The position numbers and the translations under genes were made by a program. The notes below the pieces were generated by a model, which did no database searches, was not told the DNA's origin, and saw only the letters and a program-made list of their open reading frames with translations. Shown here piece by piece: positions 32,825 to 44,733 of a stretch of DNA of 64,000 nucleotides; positions within the stretch are counted from its first letter, which is position 1, and the number at the start of each line of letters is the position of its first letter. This DNA is from an uncultured Verrucomicrobiae bacterium (GTDB lineage: Bacteria; Verrucomicrobiota; Verrucomicrobiia; Limisphaerales; JAFGQR01): assembly GCA_963788655.1 (NCBI GenBank), contig CAWBHS010000006.1, positions 91,699 to 155,698 on the forward strand, read 5' to 3'.

Positions 32825-33391
32825 TCAGAATAACTCGTAGAACGACTCCTGGCCGAGGTGCTTCAGGAATTGCCCAGCAAGTTTCTCGAGCTTGCCGGGG
32901 AGGCCGATGGAAATCCAGTCGTCCACGCTCCCGCGAAAACAATACCGCTCCGAGGCAAACAGTCGCTGGTCGGCGTCCACGAGAGCGAAACGCAACACCG
33001 GTTGGTAGTGGGCGAAACGCTCCGCCAAGTCGTCTGTCCGTGGCAAAGCAAAGGGCGCGGCGAATTCCCGGAGGAAACCGAAGTCACTGCTGCTTTCATG
33101 AACCGTGAGCACATTGCCCCGCACCTCGATTTTGTAGCGGTGGACGCCGCGGGGGGAGGCAATTCGGCGCCGGACGCAATCGACTTCGGAATCGCGGATG
33201 AGTTTCGGTTGCTGCCGGCGCAGGTAAACCTGACCATTGACCGATTCGTAAACCTCGAAACCCTTCGGCAAGTGCTCGGCGAGTGTGCCGGTTGCTTTGC
33301 TGGAGAAATAGTATTGGATGCCGCCGCCCCGCTTGGGACCGGTATGCAAGTAATACGTTTTGCCGGTGCGGCTGGTGTACGTGATCGCCAT
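32825..33391 (-). CDS. Conserved hypothetical protein
   Basis: MAITYTSRTGKTYYLH...YYFS...GFEVYESVNGQVYLRR...RYCFRGSVDDWI. Confidence 0.7.
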   Translation of the reverse strand: MAITYTSRTGKTYYLHTGPKRGGGIQYYFSSKATGTLAEHLPKGFEVYESVNGQVYLRRQQPKLIRDSEVDCVRRRIASPRGVHRYKIEVRGNVLTVHESSSDFGFLREFAAPFALPRTDDLAERFAHYQPVLRFALVDADQRLFASERYCFRGSVDDWISIGLPGKLEKLAGQFLKHLGQESFYELF

Positions 33392-33485
33392 ACGGCTGAG
33401 GCTAGGACAACATGGCGCGTGATCCGAGTGAAATCTCGGCGTCACAGCCGGCTCTGCCTTTCGAAAGCCTCAATCCGGCGATTTC

Positions 33486-33551
33486 GGAGCGCAGACTTTC
33501 CTGTCCGCCCGCCCGTCGTCAACAGAGTGTGGACAAGAATGTCCGCGCTCC
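33486..33551. repeat. GGAG-type REP pair
   Basis: GGAGCGCAGACTTTCCTGTCCGC ... GTGGACAAGAATGTCCGCGCTCC. Confidence 0.7.
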
Positions 33552-33661
33552 AATCGACGAATTCGAGATCCTCCACAAAGGGGAATGCGCCAATCATTGC
33601 CGCTCCAGGAAAAGGCATCGACAGTCCATCGGCCTGAGCCAATAATGCAGTCCTCACAACG

Positions 33662-35398
33662 ATGAAAAAAACATCACTGCTTTGCTTCCTGTTGGTCGCG
33701 TTCGCCTCTGCGAAAGCCGCCCCGGTCTCCGTCGAACGGCCCAATATCATCCTGCTCATGACCGATGACCAAGGCTACGGCGATTTGGGCATTGCGGGAA
33801 ATCCCATTGTCGAAACGCCCAACCTCGATGCGTTGGCCCGGCGTAGCGCGACCCTGTCGAACTTTTATGTGAGTCCGGTCTGCGCGCCCACCCGCGCCTC
33901 GCTCATGACTGGCCGCTACAATTATCGGACGCGGGTGGTGGACACGTGGAAGGGCCGGGCGATGATGGAACCCTCCGAAGTCACCATCGCGGAAGTGTTG
34001 AAGCAGGCGGGTTACCTGACCGGCATTTTCGGTAAATGGCATCTCGGCGATTGTTATCCAATGCGGCCCATGGACCAGGGCTTCGAGGAATCGTTGGTGC
34101 TCCGCGGCGGCGGGTTGGCCCAACCGTCGGAGCCCATCGCCAACGCGCGTCACTACACCGATCCCATTTTGTTCCACAACGGGAAAGAAGTCGCCTCCCA
34201 CGGTTATTGCACGGACGTCTATTTCGACGCCGCGATGAAGTTCATCGACCGGGCCCGTTCCGCGGGCAAACCGTTCTTCATTTACTTGCCACCCAACGCG
34301 CCGCACGGGCCGTTTCATGACGTGCCGATGGACCTTTATGAAAAGTATCGCCACAAAGATCTGACGCCGGTGTTGCTTGGGCACACGCAGGATGCGGACA
34401 TGGTGGCGCGGGTGTATGCCATGGTGGAGAACATCGATCAAAACGTCGGCCGGCTTATGGCGAAGCTGAAAGCCACCGGCCTGTGGGACAACACGCTGGT
34501 GATTTTCATGGCCGACAATGGCCCGGCCTCGGTGCGGTATGTTGGTCCCTTCCGCGGCAAGAAAACCGAAGTCCACGATGGCGGGATTCGCTCGCCGTTC
34601 TTTGTGCAATGGCCGGCCCGTTTGCGTCCCGGCACCCGGAGCGACCGTATCGCGGCACACATCGACGTGATGCCCACCTTGCTGGAAGCAGCGGGAGTCC
34701 CTGTGCCGGCGGGCCTCAACCTGGATGGACGCAGCCTGTTGCCGCTGCTCGAAGGCAGGCAGGTCGCCTGGCCTGACCGGACGTTGGTGCTCCAAATCCA
34801 TCGTGGCGACACGCCGGTGTCGCGTCACCAGTTTGCCATTCGCAACCAGCGTTGGGGGCTGGTCCACTCGACCGGTTTCGGACGCGAAATGCCGCCGCCC
34901 AACGTGCCCTACGAGTTGTATGATCTCACCGCGGATTCCCGGGAAACGAACAACCTGGCAGCGCAACACCCGGAAATCGTGGCCCAACTCGAACGCGCCT
35001 ACAACGTCTGGTTCGACGACGTGTCCCACACCCGGCCCCACAACTTTGCGCCGCCACGGATCGTCGTGGGGACCGATCACGAAACGCGGACGGTATTGAC
35101 CTGGCAAGACTGGCGGGTCACCGAACGGGGCGGCTGGGGGCGCCAAGGCAAATGGCTCCTGCACTTAGCCGGGGAGCACACGTATGACATTGAATTTCGA
35201 TGGCCGAAAACGATTGCACCGGGAACGCTCGTGCTGCACATCGGATCGCAACAACAAACCTTGGCCGTGCCGCAGGCCACCGCGAACGTGGTTGTCCAAA
35301 AGGTCCGGATTCCCGCGGGCGATGCCGATTTGTGGGCTACCGTCAAACGCGACACCGAGTGGGAAAGCCCCTACCATGTGGTGCTGATCCGGAGATAG
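33662..35398 (+). CDS. Arylsulfatase (S1 family, secreted)
   Basis: PNIILLMTDDQG, CAPTR, GKWHLG, DNG. Confidence 0.93.
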   Translation: MKKTSLLCFLLVAFASAKAAPVSVERPNIILLMTDDQGYGDLGIAGNPIVETPNLDALARRSATLSNFYVSPVCAPTRASLMTGRYNYRTRVVDTWKGRAMMEPSEVTIAEVLKQAGYLTGIFGKWHLGDCYPMRPMDQGFEESLVLRGGGLAQPSEPIANARHYTDPILFHNGKEVASHGYCTDVYFDAAMKFIDRARSAGKPFFIYLPPNAPHGPFHDVPMDLYEKYRHKDLTPVLLGHTQDADMVARVYAMVENIDQNVGRLMAKLKATGLWDNTLVIFMADNGPASVRYVGPFRGKKTEVHDGGIRSPFFVQWPARLRPGTRSDRIAAHIDVMPTLLEAAGVPVPAGLNLDGRSLLPLLEGRQVAWPDRTLVLQIHRGDTPVSRHQFAIRNQRWGLVHSTGFGREMPPPNVPYELYDLTADSRETNNLAAQHPEIVAQLERAYNVWFDDVSHTRPHNFAPPRIVVGTDHETRTVLTWQDWRVTERGGWGRQGKWLLHLAGEHTYDIEFRWPKTIAPGTLVLHIGSQQQTLAVPQATANVVVQKVRIPAGDADLWATVKRDTEWESPYHVVLIRR

Positions 35399-35432
35399 TA
35401 ACATTAAAATTGTGAAGCCCCATGGCGTCGGC

Positions 35433-37590
35433 ATGAGAAGATTTTTTATCAAGGTGAAGCGGGTCAGTCTCGCATTGGCGCTGTTGGTTCTCGGCGGATC
35501 GTCGAGCACCGGCAGCACCAGGACGACCAATGCGGTTCAGGAAGAGAATTGGTATTCACCCTATCCGCGGGTCACCAATATCACCGAGGAGATTTCCTGG
35601 CCGAAGGGGCAGGCGCTGCCGATTTTCGCCACGCCGGCAGCCGGGTTGGACACCATCGAAGTTCAGGCCCTTTCGCGGGATGAGCAAATCACGTTCTCCG
35701 CCTTGCAGGGTCAAGTCAACCGGAAGCGGCCAAGGATTTATCTGCTCGACGCCCGTTCCGACGAGGGCCGGGATACCTGGGCCAACAGCCCAACTGTCGC
35801 TCTTCAATCTAAGAATCGTTACACGCGGGAAACCAAATATGATCTGGTGGCCAAGTACGCCGGAGAGGTCGCGGGAGTGGTGCTTTATGATCCGTCCGTA
35901 TGTCCCCACTACCGGAATCTGGCGGGGACGGTGGCGGGCTTGCGTCGGGCGTTGCCGGTGACAGCCGAGGTCCGCGAGCACTTGCGGGAGCACGGGATCT
36001 CCCTCGAAGTCCTCGTCGATCTGACCACGCTAAAGTATTCGTCACCCATCCAAATCTACCAGTATCTCCACGACCACTACTGGGCACACTGCAACCAGCG
36101 GTTGATCGTTAGCGCCCGGCCGGATAACCGCGGGGGCGACTTCCATCATACGCGGGACATCGCGGCCGCGTGCGGCGCGGCGGTGGTGTGGCTGGACAAC
36201 CGCGTTCCGGCGGAGAAGGACATGATGCGCAAATTCTTCGGCGACATGAAGGCGGGTGAAGCCATCGCGCTGGGCTGGTATTCCACGGAGCGCTCGGGGA
36301 TTACCACGGCGTCGGAATTCGGCGTTGGGACGCTGGCCGCGGACTATTACTTGAACGCCAGCTGTTTATTCGGGAACGGATCATCGTATCCAAATTCCAA
36401 CCGTGCCGAAAATGCCCGGGTTGGAGAAGAAGGCCTACGTGGCAGTCTTCATCAGCGACGGAGACAATATCCAGTACACGCAGCGCGGGATGCGACGGAT
36501 CTGGGATCGCGCCGCTTCCAGCCGGGGCAGGGTTCCTCTGAACTGGACGATCGCCCCTGGTCTCGTCGATATCGGGCCGGGCATTCTGAACTATTACTAC
36601 ACCACCGCCACCTCGAACGATTGCTTTGTCACGGGACCGTCCGGAATGGGCTACGCGATGCCCTTCAATACCCTCGAGGAACCGGGAGCGCCGGTGGGCG
36701 TCTATCTGGCCGATCAAAACCGCATGGACGGCTATGCCCGGCTGACGGAAACCTATTTGCAACGGTCGGGATTGAGAGTGGTGACCATCTGGGACAATGC
36801 GACGCCCATGCAACGAGCGTCCTACGAGAAGCACTGCCGCAACCTGTACGGGGCAACGGTCCAGAACTTCAAAGATGTTCCCTCGGTCGCCGGAAGCGTC
36901 GAAGGGGAACGGTTGCGGTTCGACAAACTGGTGATTCCTTACGTCACCACCTACCCGCACCTCCACCGTTCGCTCAGCCGCGAACTTCGGCGTTGGGACG
37001 GGAACGCCCCGTTGTTCCTGGCCTATCAGGTGAGTATCTGGGGCGAAATGAAACCCGACCGGATTGTCGAACTCGCCGAGAACCTGCGCGAACAGTTTCC
37101 GGGTCAGGTGAAATTCGTGAGGGCAGATCATTATTTCAACCTGTACAACGAGGCCCACGGTCTGCCCTTCAACCTGGCCATGTCGCCCAAGACCTCAGTC
37201 AGGTCCGGTAGTTCATCCGCCAGTCCCGAACTCGTGCTGGACGGGACGCCCACCTCCCTGTGGAGTTGTTCGAAAAAAGGGCAACAGTGGCTGGAATTCG
37301 ACCTGGGCGAAGCCTTCCAACTTAGCCGCTATGTAATCCGACATGCCGGCGAGCATGGAATGAGCCGCAATTACAACACCCGGGACTACACCGTGCAGAC
37401 GCGCGCGGACGGGGAGTCATGGAAGACCATCGATGGGTTCAAGGGAAACACAGAGAACGTGACGGATGTGGAACTGGATCCCGTGAACGCAAGGTATGTG
37501 AAGATCACCATCGAAGATCCGGGTGAAGATTCCACGGCGAGGATTGCAGAGGTGGAGATCTATGGAAGCAGCCGAAAGCCAAAGCGCTGA
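35433..37590 (+). CDS. GxGYxYP-family putative glycoside hydrolase + discoidin (F5/8) domain; +1 frameshift near 36363
   Basis: LQGQVNR..PRIY, SDGDNIQY, GPSGMGY, WLEFDLG...ARYVKI; removing one base joins ORFs 35412 and 36403. Confidence 0.8.
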
Positions 37591-37732
37591 ACAGTCCCTT
37601 TCTGAAAACTGGAAGAATCTGATACCACCAGCAGAACCGCAGGCACTTGCTTGTGGTTAGCGAGCAAGCGCAGAAACAAGATTACGGTTGGATATTCGTG
37701 TCCATTCGCGATTGCTTCTTGGTAAAGGCAAC

Positions 37733-40700
37733 TCACGCCAGCCGCTTCCACACCCGCAACGCCTCGGTCACGCTCCAGGCTTGGGCGTCGCAACCGCGTT
37801 GCGTGTGCGGGGCGTCGCCGTCCAAGATTTCCGGAAGATGACCGCGGCATCCCTCGACCATTAACCGGTCCATGCTGCCGAGATAGGCGCGGGCGGTGGC
37901 GCGCACTGCCGGATCAAAATCCCAGGCTTGCGCCAGCGCCTCGCAGAAGGTCGGGAACGTCCAGGTCCAGGCCGTGCCGTTGTGATAAACCGGTTTGCGA
38001 CGAGTATCTTCGTCGCCTTCGTAATGGCCCTGGTACGGCTCGTCGGGTTTGTTTAGCAACCGGCCATCCGGCGCTCGAATGGGCAACGGCGGCGCCACCG
38101 GCAGCGGCGCGAGACTGCGCAAGGCGCCGGGCACTACGAGATGCCGCAAGGCCGCCTCAACGCAGCGCCGCGCACGTTCGCCGGGGAGCAAACCGAGGCT
38201 GATGGCCAACAGACAATTGCTCCGCAGCGCGGTGTCGCGCACCGCCTCGGCGGCCGGTTGGCCCGGATGAGCCAACAAGCAATCCGCGAGATAACCGCTT
38301 TCTTCCAACCAAAAGAAGCGGCTCAACGAGTCGAGGGCGCGGTCGGCCAACTCCGTCCAACCTTCGCCTTCGGGTTTCGCGCCCAACCGCGCGAGCTGGC
38401 GCAGCAACCGAATCCACAGGACCTGCACTTCGACCGGATACCCTTCGCGCGGCGTGCCGGCGGGATAGTTAGTGTCCATCCACGTGAAGTGCGTGGGACT
38501 GAACACCAACCCGGAAGCCGCGTCCATTCGAATGCCGTTCGGAGTGCCGCGCAGGTAATTCACCGCGATCGATCGCAACACTTCCGCCACCGTCCGGCCA
38601 CGGCGGGTCACGGACGTTTCATACATTTTGGTCGAACCGGCCTGCGCCGTCGCCCGCTCCGGAGATTGGCAGGCCGCGGTCTCTTCGCACACCAACCCAA
38701 ACCAAAGCGGTGCGTCGCTCGTGTCGCGATTGGAAGCGTCTTCGCCGTGGATGGTATTTGGCAGCGTGCCGTTTTCCTCGAAGCGACCAAAGACTTCCAG
38801 CAACTGCTTCACTTCGGAAACCATTCCCGCCGCCAACAAGCCGCGCGCCGCGATCAGCGAATCCCGCCCCCAATCCAGGAACCACGGGTAACCGGCCACA
38901 ATGGTTTTGCCCTGCCCGCGCCGCACGACAAAGGCTTGCACCGCCAACGCGAGCTGACGACCAAACGCATCGTCGCTTCCCAATCCGGCCCGGGCCAGAA
39001 CTTGGTGATTGAGCTGGTGGCGCACGCTTTCGAACTTCTCCAATTGCTCGGCCGGCGGATCGTCCCATTCGGCGCTGAACGTGACCGTGGCTTTGGCCCC
39101 GCGCGGCAGCGGCAATTCAAACCAACCCGGGCTATAAACGTCTTCGTGCGCCACCTGGCCGCGCGATGCTTCGACCGGGTGGGCGACGCCAAGGCTCCAT
39201 TCCCCCTGATGATGATACGCGCCGGTGTCACTGAACGCGCGCAGTTGGCGTTCGGGCGCCGGCGAGAACGCGAAGCCCGTTTGGCCGGCCAATGGATGAC
39301 AGTGCGACGACATGTGCCAGTCTGCGCCGCCGGTCCGGTGCATTTCGAAATGAAAATTCCGGTCCAGAATATCCGGACGGACGGTCAAGCTCACCCGTCG
39401 GTCCGCCGGCAAGTCGCGTCCCAAACACGGCGCTCCCGGCGGATGATAAAAACGCAGCACGGTGGTGTTGCCGTCGGGTAGCATGTCGGCAGTCAGGTGA
39501 ATCTCCACCGCGCGCTCGTCGCCGGCGCCGGCCACGAACACCCATTCGGCCGGTGGTCCCGGCGAGAAGCGGATCAGGCTGTCGGCGTTCAGCGGCGAAA
39601 TGAATCCATCGGCCACCACCCACACCCGCACGCGCTTGACGAAGATGTGCCGGTCCACCGGCACGCTGGGGTGCAGATTGGCGCCCAGCACACAATCGTA
39701 CTTGGACGCCACGGTCCCCAGGTTCACCTGCATGCGGGCCATGCCGCCAATGCCGTTGGTCATCAATGCCAGGCCCGGCGCCCGCGCCATCGTCGAAGGA
39801 TCGGTGGCGAAGTCGCGTTCGATGTGCAAGTGCCGCACGTTCGGCTCCGCGCCCAGAAAGCGAACCGTCGCCTGGACTGTCTGAACTGCAGACGAACTGT
39901 CGGTATAACGTTCCACCTGAATTTCCGCATCGCCGGGGCTCTGGGGAGCCGCCAAGCAGCCAATGTGTCCCGGCTGCGCCGCAATCGAATGCACGTGTTG
40001 TTTGTGGCCGCCCAATTTCAGTTCGGCGCGGAATGGCGCGGTGTCCTCGATCATCAAACAATGCCCCGGCGGCACTGGCATGATCCGGTGGGTGTCGGCC
40101 AGCCGCCAGGTGACCACGGTCGGAAAGTGATTTTCCTGGAGGGCCTGATCCAGCGCCTTCACCAAATCCAGGCGCGCCAGCTCACGGTTCAAATGTTTGA
40201 GGGCCGAGAGCACACCGCGTGGATCGGCATCGACACGCTGGGCCAGTTCCCGCCAGTCGTATTGACCGATTTCCTCGCTCGGAATCATCTGGCTGACCGC
40301 GGTGATCGCCCAGGCCACTTGCGCGCGCGCCCGGCGATACGCTTCGCCGCTCAAGCCGCGAGGGGCCGCCGAAGCGGACAGGCAGAGGCATTCGCCGGCG
40401 TTTAGTTCAAAGGTCACACCCCCGCCGCCGGCGTTGGCTGGTTTGACGGGTTGCCGCGAAAGCAGATTGAACAACGGCTGCTCCAAATCCTGAAAGGCCG
40501 CCGCATCGAGGAAGATCGATTGTCCTTCCTTCACGTCCGTGTTCACCAGCACCAGCACCCGGTCCGCGCCCTCGGCCGACACGCGGCTGAGCGCATAGAC
40601 GGGTGAGTCCTCCTGGCTGAGCCGCTGCAACTGCGCGCCATCGAAGAAACAGGGATGCTCGGCCAGCAGGCGGTTCAAATCACCCAGTTCGGACACGAGG

Positions 40701-42124
40701 TTATCTTCATTGTCCCAGGCCAATCCGTTGCTTTCATGGACGCGCAATTTTTCATCCGCCAACCATTCCACCCCACAGGTGAAGCCATAGCCGCCGGAGA
40801 CACTGGTCAACGCGCACAGTTGATTGCGCATCAGCGACCATGCTCGGCTCTCCGCCGCGAGCCGATTGTTGTCGTGGGTTTCGCTGTAATGGACATACAA
40901 ACCCACGCGTTGCGACTGGCGCAGCGTGTAATCGAGGTATTTGGCAACGTCGTGCCCGGAGTAATTCTGAAACAGCTCCGAATAGGCCCATTGCATCGCG
41001 CCCTCGGTGAGCAAATTTTCCGTGGCTTCCCACGAACCGCCCAGGCCCTCGAGCAGAAAGACCGTTTCCGGAAATTCATCCAGCACCCGCGCCGTGATGT
41101 ATTGCCAGGCGGGCACGGGAATCTTGTAGCCCGCGTCGCAACGGAAACCATCGACCCCGCGCCGGCACCAAGTCAGCAGGATGTGGGCAACCTTCTCCCA
41201 CAGCGCGGGCTCACGATGATCCAATTCGGCGAGATCCTCCCACGTTACACCCCAGGCACCGGGACTGACAAAGGCGCCGTTCTTGCCGCGGACATACCAT
41301 TCCGGGTGCGCCTCCTGAAGCCGCGCGCCCCAACCGGTGTGATTGATGACGATGTCGAGGAACACCCGTCCGCCTCGGCGATGGACGGCGCAGGTCAGTT
41401 CGCGGAACTGGTCCACGCCGGTGGTGCGTTTGTCGAATTCCACCAGCGCCGGATCAATGGCCGTCAAGTCTTGCGCCGCGTAAGGACTGCCGAAGCGCCC
41501 AAACCGTCCATAGACCAACGGCGTGGGATGCACCGGCAACAAGTGCAGAATCCGGCAGCCCAGCGTGTCCATGATATGGGGCAGTTGGTTGGCAAGATCG
41601 CGCAGCTTACCTGAGGGCGGCACCACGATGTAACCGCGCTCATCAAGTTCGGCCATCTGCTTTTCGACCGTTTCATTGTGGGTGGACTTGGCGGTGCGGT
41701 TTGGGCCGAACAACCGCACAAACGCGCAATAAATCATATTGGCCGTGCGGCAATGATCGGGATGCACGCTGATGCCGAAGTCCGGTCCATCCGGCCAAAG
41801 CTGCCATCCGCGGGGATCGACGGCGTAAGCCTTGGATCGGAAATAACCGACCTCGGCGAGCGGCAGGGCGGCAGTCCAATGACCGTCTTTGGCCACCATG
41901 GGCACGTCGCGCCAGGACGCATCGACCAGCTTCAACTTGCCCGAGTGGGCATGAATGATCTGATGGCGCAACACGGCGGCGCGGCCCAGGTTGGTGCGCA
42001 AAAAGGCCCGCCAGCCTTCGGGCAGCGGACGGCCATTGGCAGGGCGCAACGTAAATTGAACACGGTCACCGACGAAGCGTTGCAGGCGCTCGCCGGGTCC
42101 GGGCATCATTTCCAGACGTTCCAT
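37733..42124 (-). CDS. Glycogen debranching enzyme (GH13-like N-terminus + amylo-alpha-1,6-glucosidase)
   Basis: DIVINH, GVDGFRCDAG, AGYPWFLDWGRD, TWMD, YHNGTAW, QAWS. Confidence 0.92.
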   Translation of the reverse strand: MERLEMMPGPGERLQRFVGDRVQFTLRPANGRPLPEGWRAFLRTNLGRAAVLRHQIIHAHSGKLKLVDASWRDVPMVAKDGHWTAALPLAEVGYFRSKAYAVDPRGWQLWPDGPDFGISVHPDHCRTANMIYCAFVRLFGPNRTAKSTHNETVEKQMAELDERGYIVVPPSGKLRDLANQLPHIMDTLGCRILHLLPVHPTPLVYGRFGRFGSPYAAQDLTAIDPALVEFDKRTTGVDQFRELTCAVHRRGGRVFLDIVINHTGWGARLQEAHPEWYVRGKNGAFVSPGAWGVTWEDLAELDHREPALWEKVAHILLTWCRRGVDGFRCDAGYKIPVPAWQYITARVLDEFPETVFLLEGLGGSWEATENLLTEGAMQWAYSELFQNYSGHDVAKYLDYTLRQSQRVGLYVHYSETHDNNRLAAESRAWSLMRNQLCALTSVSGGYGFTCGVEWLADEKLRVHESNGLAWDNEDNLVSELGDLNRLLAEHPCFFDGAQLQRLSQEDSPVYALSRVSAEGADRVLVLVNTDVKEGQSIFLDAAAFQDLEQPLFNLLSRQPVKPANAGGGGVTFELNAGECLCLSASAAPRGLSGEAYRRARAQVAWAITAVSQMIPSEEIGQYDWRELAQRVDADPRGVLSALKHLNRELARLDLVKALDQALQENHFPTVVTWRLADTHRIMPVPPGHCLMIEDTAPFRAELKLGGHKQHVHSIAAQPGHIGCLAAPQSPGDAEIQVERYTDSSSAVQTVQATVRFLGAEPNVRHLHIERDFATDPSTMARAPGLALMTNGIGGMARMQVNLGTVASKYDCVLGANLHPSVPVDRHIFVKRVRVWVVADGFISPLNADSLIRFSPGPPAEWVFVAGAGDERAVEIHLTADMLPDGNTTVLRFYHPPGAPCLGRDLPADRRVSLTVRPDILDRNFHFEMHRTGGADWHMSSHCHPLAGQTGFAFSPAPERQLRAFSDTGAYHHQGEWSLGVAHPVEASRGQVAHEDVYSPGWFELPLPRGAKATVTFSAEWDDPPAEQLEKFESVRHQLNHQVLARAGLGSDDAFGRQLALAVQAFVVRRGQGKTIVAGYPWFLDWGRDSLIAARGLLAAGMVSEVKQLLEVFGRFEENGTLPNTIHGEDASNRDTSDAPLWFGLVCEETAACQSPERATAQAGSTKMYETSVTRRGRTVAEVLRSIAVNYLRGTPNGIRMDAASGLVFSPTHFTWMDTNYPAGTPREGYPVEVQVLWIRLLRQLARLGAKPEGEGWTELADRALDSLSRFFWLEESGYLADCLLAHPGQPAAEAVRDTALRSNCLLAISLGLLPGERARRCVEAALRHLVVPGALRSLAPLPVAPPLPIRAPDGRLLNKPDEPYQGHYEGDEDTRRKPVYHNGTAWTWTFPTFCEALAQAWDFDPAVRATARAYLGSMDRLMVEGCRGHLPEILDGDAPHTQRGCDAQAWSVTEALRVWKRLA

Positions 42125-42220
42125 CGTCGCCGGGAGCATCAGGAAGCTTGCCAACGAAAGCAATGCTGGAGACGGCGGGGCGGGGACGATGATAACTCCA
42201 CCACGAACGAACCCAAATCG

Positions 42221-42404
42221 AACACGCCTGACCGGTTTGGGTAGGGCGAGACTCCGTCAAGCCCTGACTTCCCTGAGCGTTTCCGCGAACGAGATGCCGA
42301 CGAAAGGAAAATCTTTTGAGTTCGAACGCTCAAGGCATCCCGCGTTGACGCTGCCGGGTTAATGGCGGCGCTGCGGGGAAATCAGGGCTCGACGGAGTCT
42401 CGCC
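42221..42404. repeat. MITE/REPIN family A copy 2 (left boundary of island)
   Basis: AACACGCCTGACCGGTTTGG-GTAGGGCGAGACTCCGTC...GGGCTCGACGGAGTCTCGCC. Confidence 0.88.
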
Positions 42405-42620
42405 GTGAAAGCAACACGAACTCCTGTACCGCCTGTGCCTTGCGGGTCACTCCTGGCATGCTGGCAACCACGACTTTTCCGGGGCAGGGAAACTTTGTTG
42501 ATCACGCCCCTGGCATGTCCGGAACCATCGTGGAAAATTAACGTTCCCTATCTCCAAACGACGGTTGCCCACATCCTGCCCCGCGCCTCTCGCCTGCCGC
42601 AACGGGCGGCCCTCCTCGGG

Positions 42621-44733
42621 CTACTTCTTCAAGCGATAGAACTTGGAATGGTTCGTCATCCTGTTCGTGACAGCATATTGCCAATTCACAATGGATGGAG
42701 CGGCAGGATTTGAACTCCAGGTCGTCGCCGGGAAGTTCGTGGCGAAATAGAGTTTGAACGCCGGATCGTTGGTCGGCCATGACAACACGAGGTTGCTGCC
42801 TTGCCAAGCGAAGGCAAGAATTGGCATCGTCGTCACGGCCACTGTTGCAGAGTGCGTGCTGGTCCCGCTGCCGTTATACGCACGCACGCGATAGTAATAG
42901 ACTGTGCCTGAAGTTAAACCAGTCACCTTTCGCAAATACACACTGCCGACGTCCAAGTTTTGGCATCCAACCAGATAGTTGGCAAAGGAAACATTGGTGG
43001 ATACGTCCAGCCGATAACCGGTTGCCCCAATCGCGCTGCTCCAGTTCGCGGTAAACCCACTGCTCGTCAGGCCGCCGGCCGGGTTGGCTACCGGTGCGGC
43101 GGGGATGTTCGTGACGCTGATCGTGCCAGAGTTACCGCTTGTTCCGCCGGAATTGTAGGCTCGCACGCGGTAATAATAAGGCCTGCCGGCGTTCAATCCA
43201 GTCACGCTGCGGCTGACAACACTGCCCACGTCCAAATCCTGCCAGCCATTTACATAGCTGCTGAAGGTGTTGTTGGGCGAAACGTCCAGCCGGTAGCCCA
43301 TCGCTCCGCTGGCGTTGCTCCAGTTTGCAACGAAGCTGCTGACGGTTAAGCTGGTTGCTGCGTTCGCCGTGGGAACTGGCGGAGGATTCAGCAGTGTCGT
43401 TACATTGATCGTGCTTGAGTTCCCGCTCGTGGCGTCGGAAAAGTCGGCTCGCACGCGGTAATAGTGACGTTGTGTTCGGAGCCAGACCCGTGACGTTCTT
43501 GCTCGTCACGTTTCCTACGTTGAGGTTTTGGTAGCCGCTGACGTAGCCGCCAAATGTGCTGCTGCTGGACACGTCGAGGCGGTAGCCAGTCGCTCCACTC
43601 GCAGCGGTCCAGTTGGCCGTAAAGCCACTGCTGGTTACACCCGTTGCTGGGTTCACCAGCGGCACTGAATTTGGCGGAACGGCCAGAGTTACGGAAGGTG
43701 TTTGCGCTACTGTCGGCGCGTTACCTCCGTTGTCGAGGGCGGCATAATACAGCGTTCCGCTGTTGGTGATGCGAGTTGTCCAGGAATACGAGGCACTCGT
43801 CGGGTGCTGCGGTTGCGTTGGGCTGTAAGTCCAGCTTCTTCACCCGGCTTAACAACGCCGATGAGGTGTATGCCCGACTCGTCGGTGGCTTGAATTGTCA
43901 CATCAAGATAACCCGGCCCGCCGTTGGTGGTGACGACATACGTTGGCAGGTGAATGATCGCTGCACTGGTCATCTTCGTGTCTGACGGCAAGTAATAGCA
44001 ACCGAGAGTTGTATTTGGACCTGTAGCACAAGGCGCACAGCGCTGCGCCCAAGGCGAAGCTTCGTCCTCAGGATTTCGAGACAAATCAGGCCGATCGTTA
44101 TTCAAATCGGGATAAAAGACTATGCTCCATGCGGAATCTACATAATCCTGATTGCGCCAGATACGGAGATTATTCTTCTCGTAGCAATATTCGACGAAGC
44201 CATCGCACCGAATGTTTGAAATATCAGAAATCGTTCCATCAAAGCTGCCTCCAAAATAAACAATGCAAACGGGAATTTGGAGAAATGTGGATGGATATGG
44301 AATAGCTGCATTGACGAGATCAATAGCTGTCGTCACGACATTTCTCCGATCAGTGAAAGTCATCGTTCGGTTGTTCAGCGTATATGCGCCGTAGTAGTAA
44401 TTGCCGTAACTCGTGAACTCGGTGTAAAAATAGGCTTCTTACGTGCTTGTATCAGAATTAAAGGCTTGAAGCACTCTTCCATCATGGTTTCCGTCGAAGC
44501 CGCCGAAAAGCTCCCGTGTGATTATAGTCCAAATCCCAACCTGCCCCCGACGCTAAAACCCTGTAAACGGCGTCACCGTATTCTTGGGCGGTGGTGTTCC
44601 CCCGGTCCTGAGCGGTGATCGGAATTACGCAGCCAGCCATCACCAGGCAGCGAATCAAAAAGGTGCCTACTGTTCGCACCGCTATGCCCTGACGAACGTC
44701 CGAAGATTGTTTAGTTATTCGTAACTGACTCAT
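42621..44733 (-). pseudogene. Secreted protein: permuted papain-like domain + 3 fibronectin-III repeats; several frameshifts and one in-frame stop
   Basis: Fragments GDAVYR...NHTG, RCDGFVEYCY, 3x FTANW..ATGYRLDVS...YYYRVRA, C-terminal LVLSWP...FYRLKK; lesions near 44510, 44440 (TAA), 43835, 43468. Confidence 0.7.
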
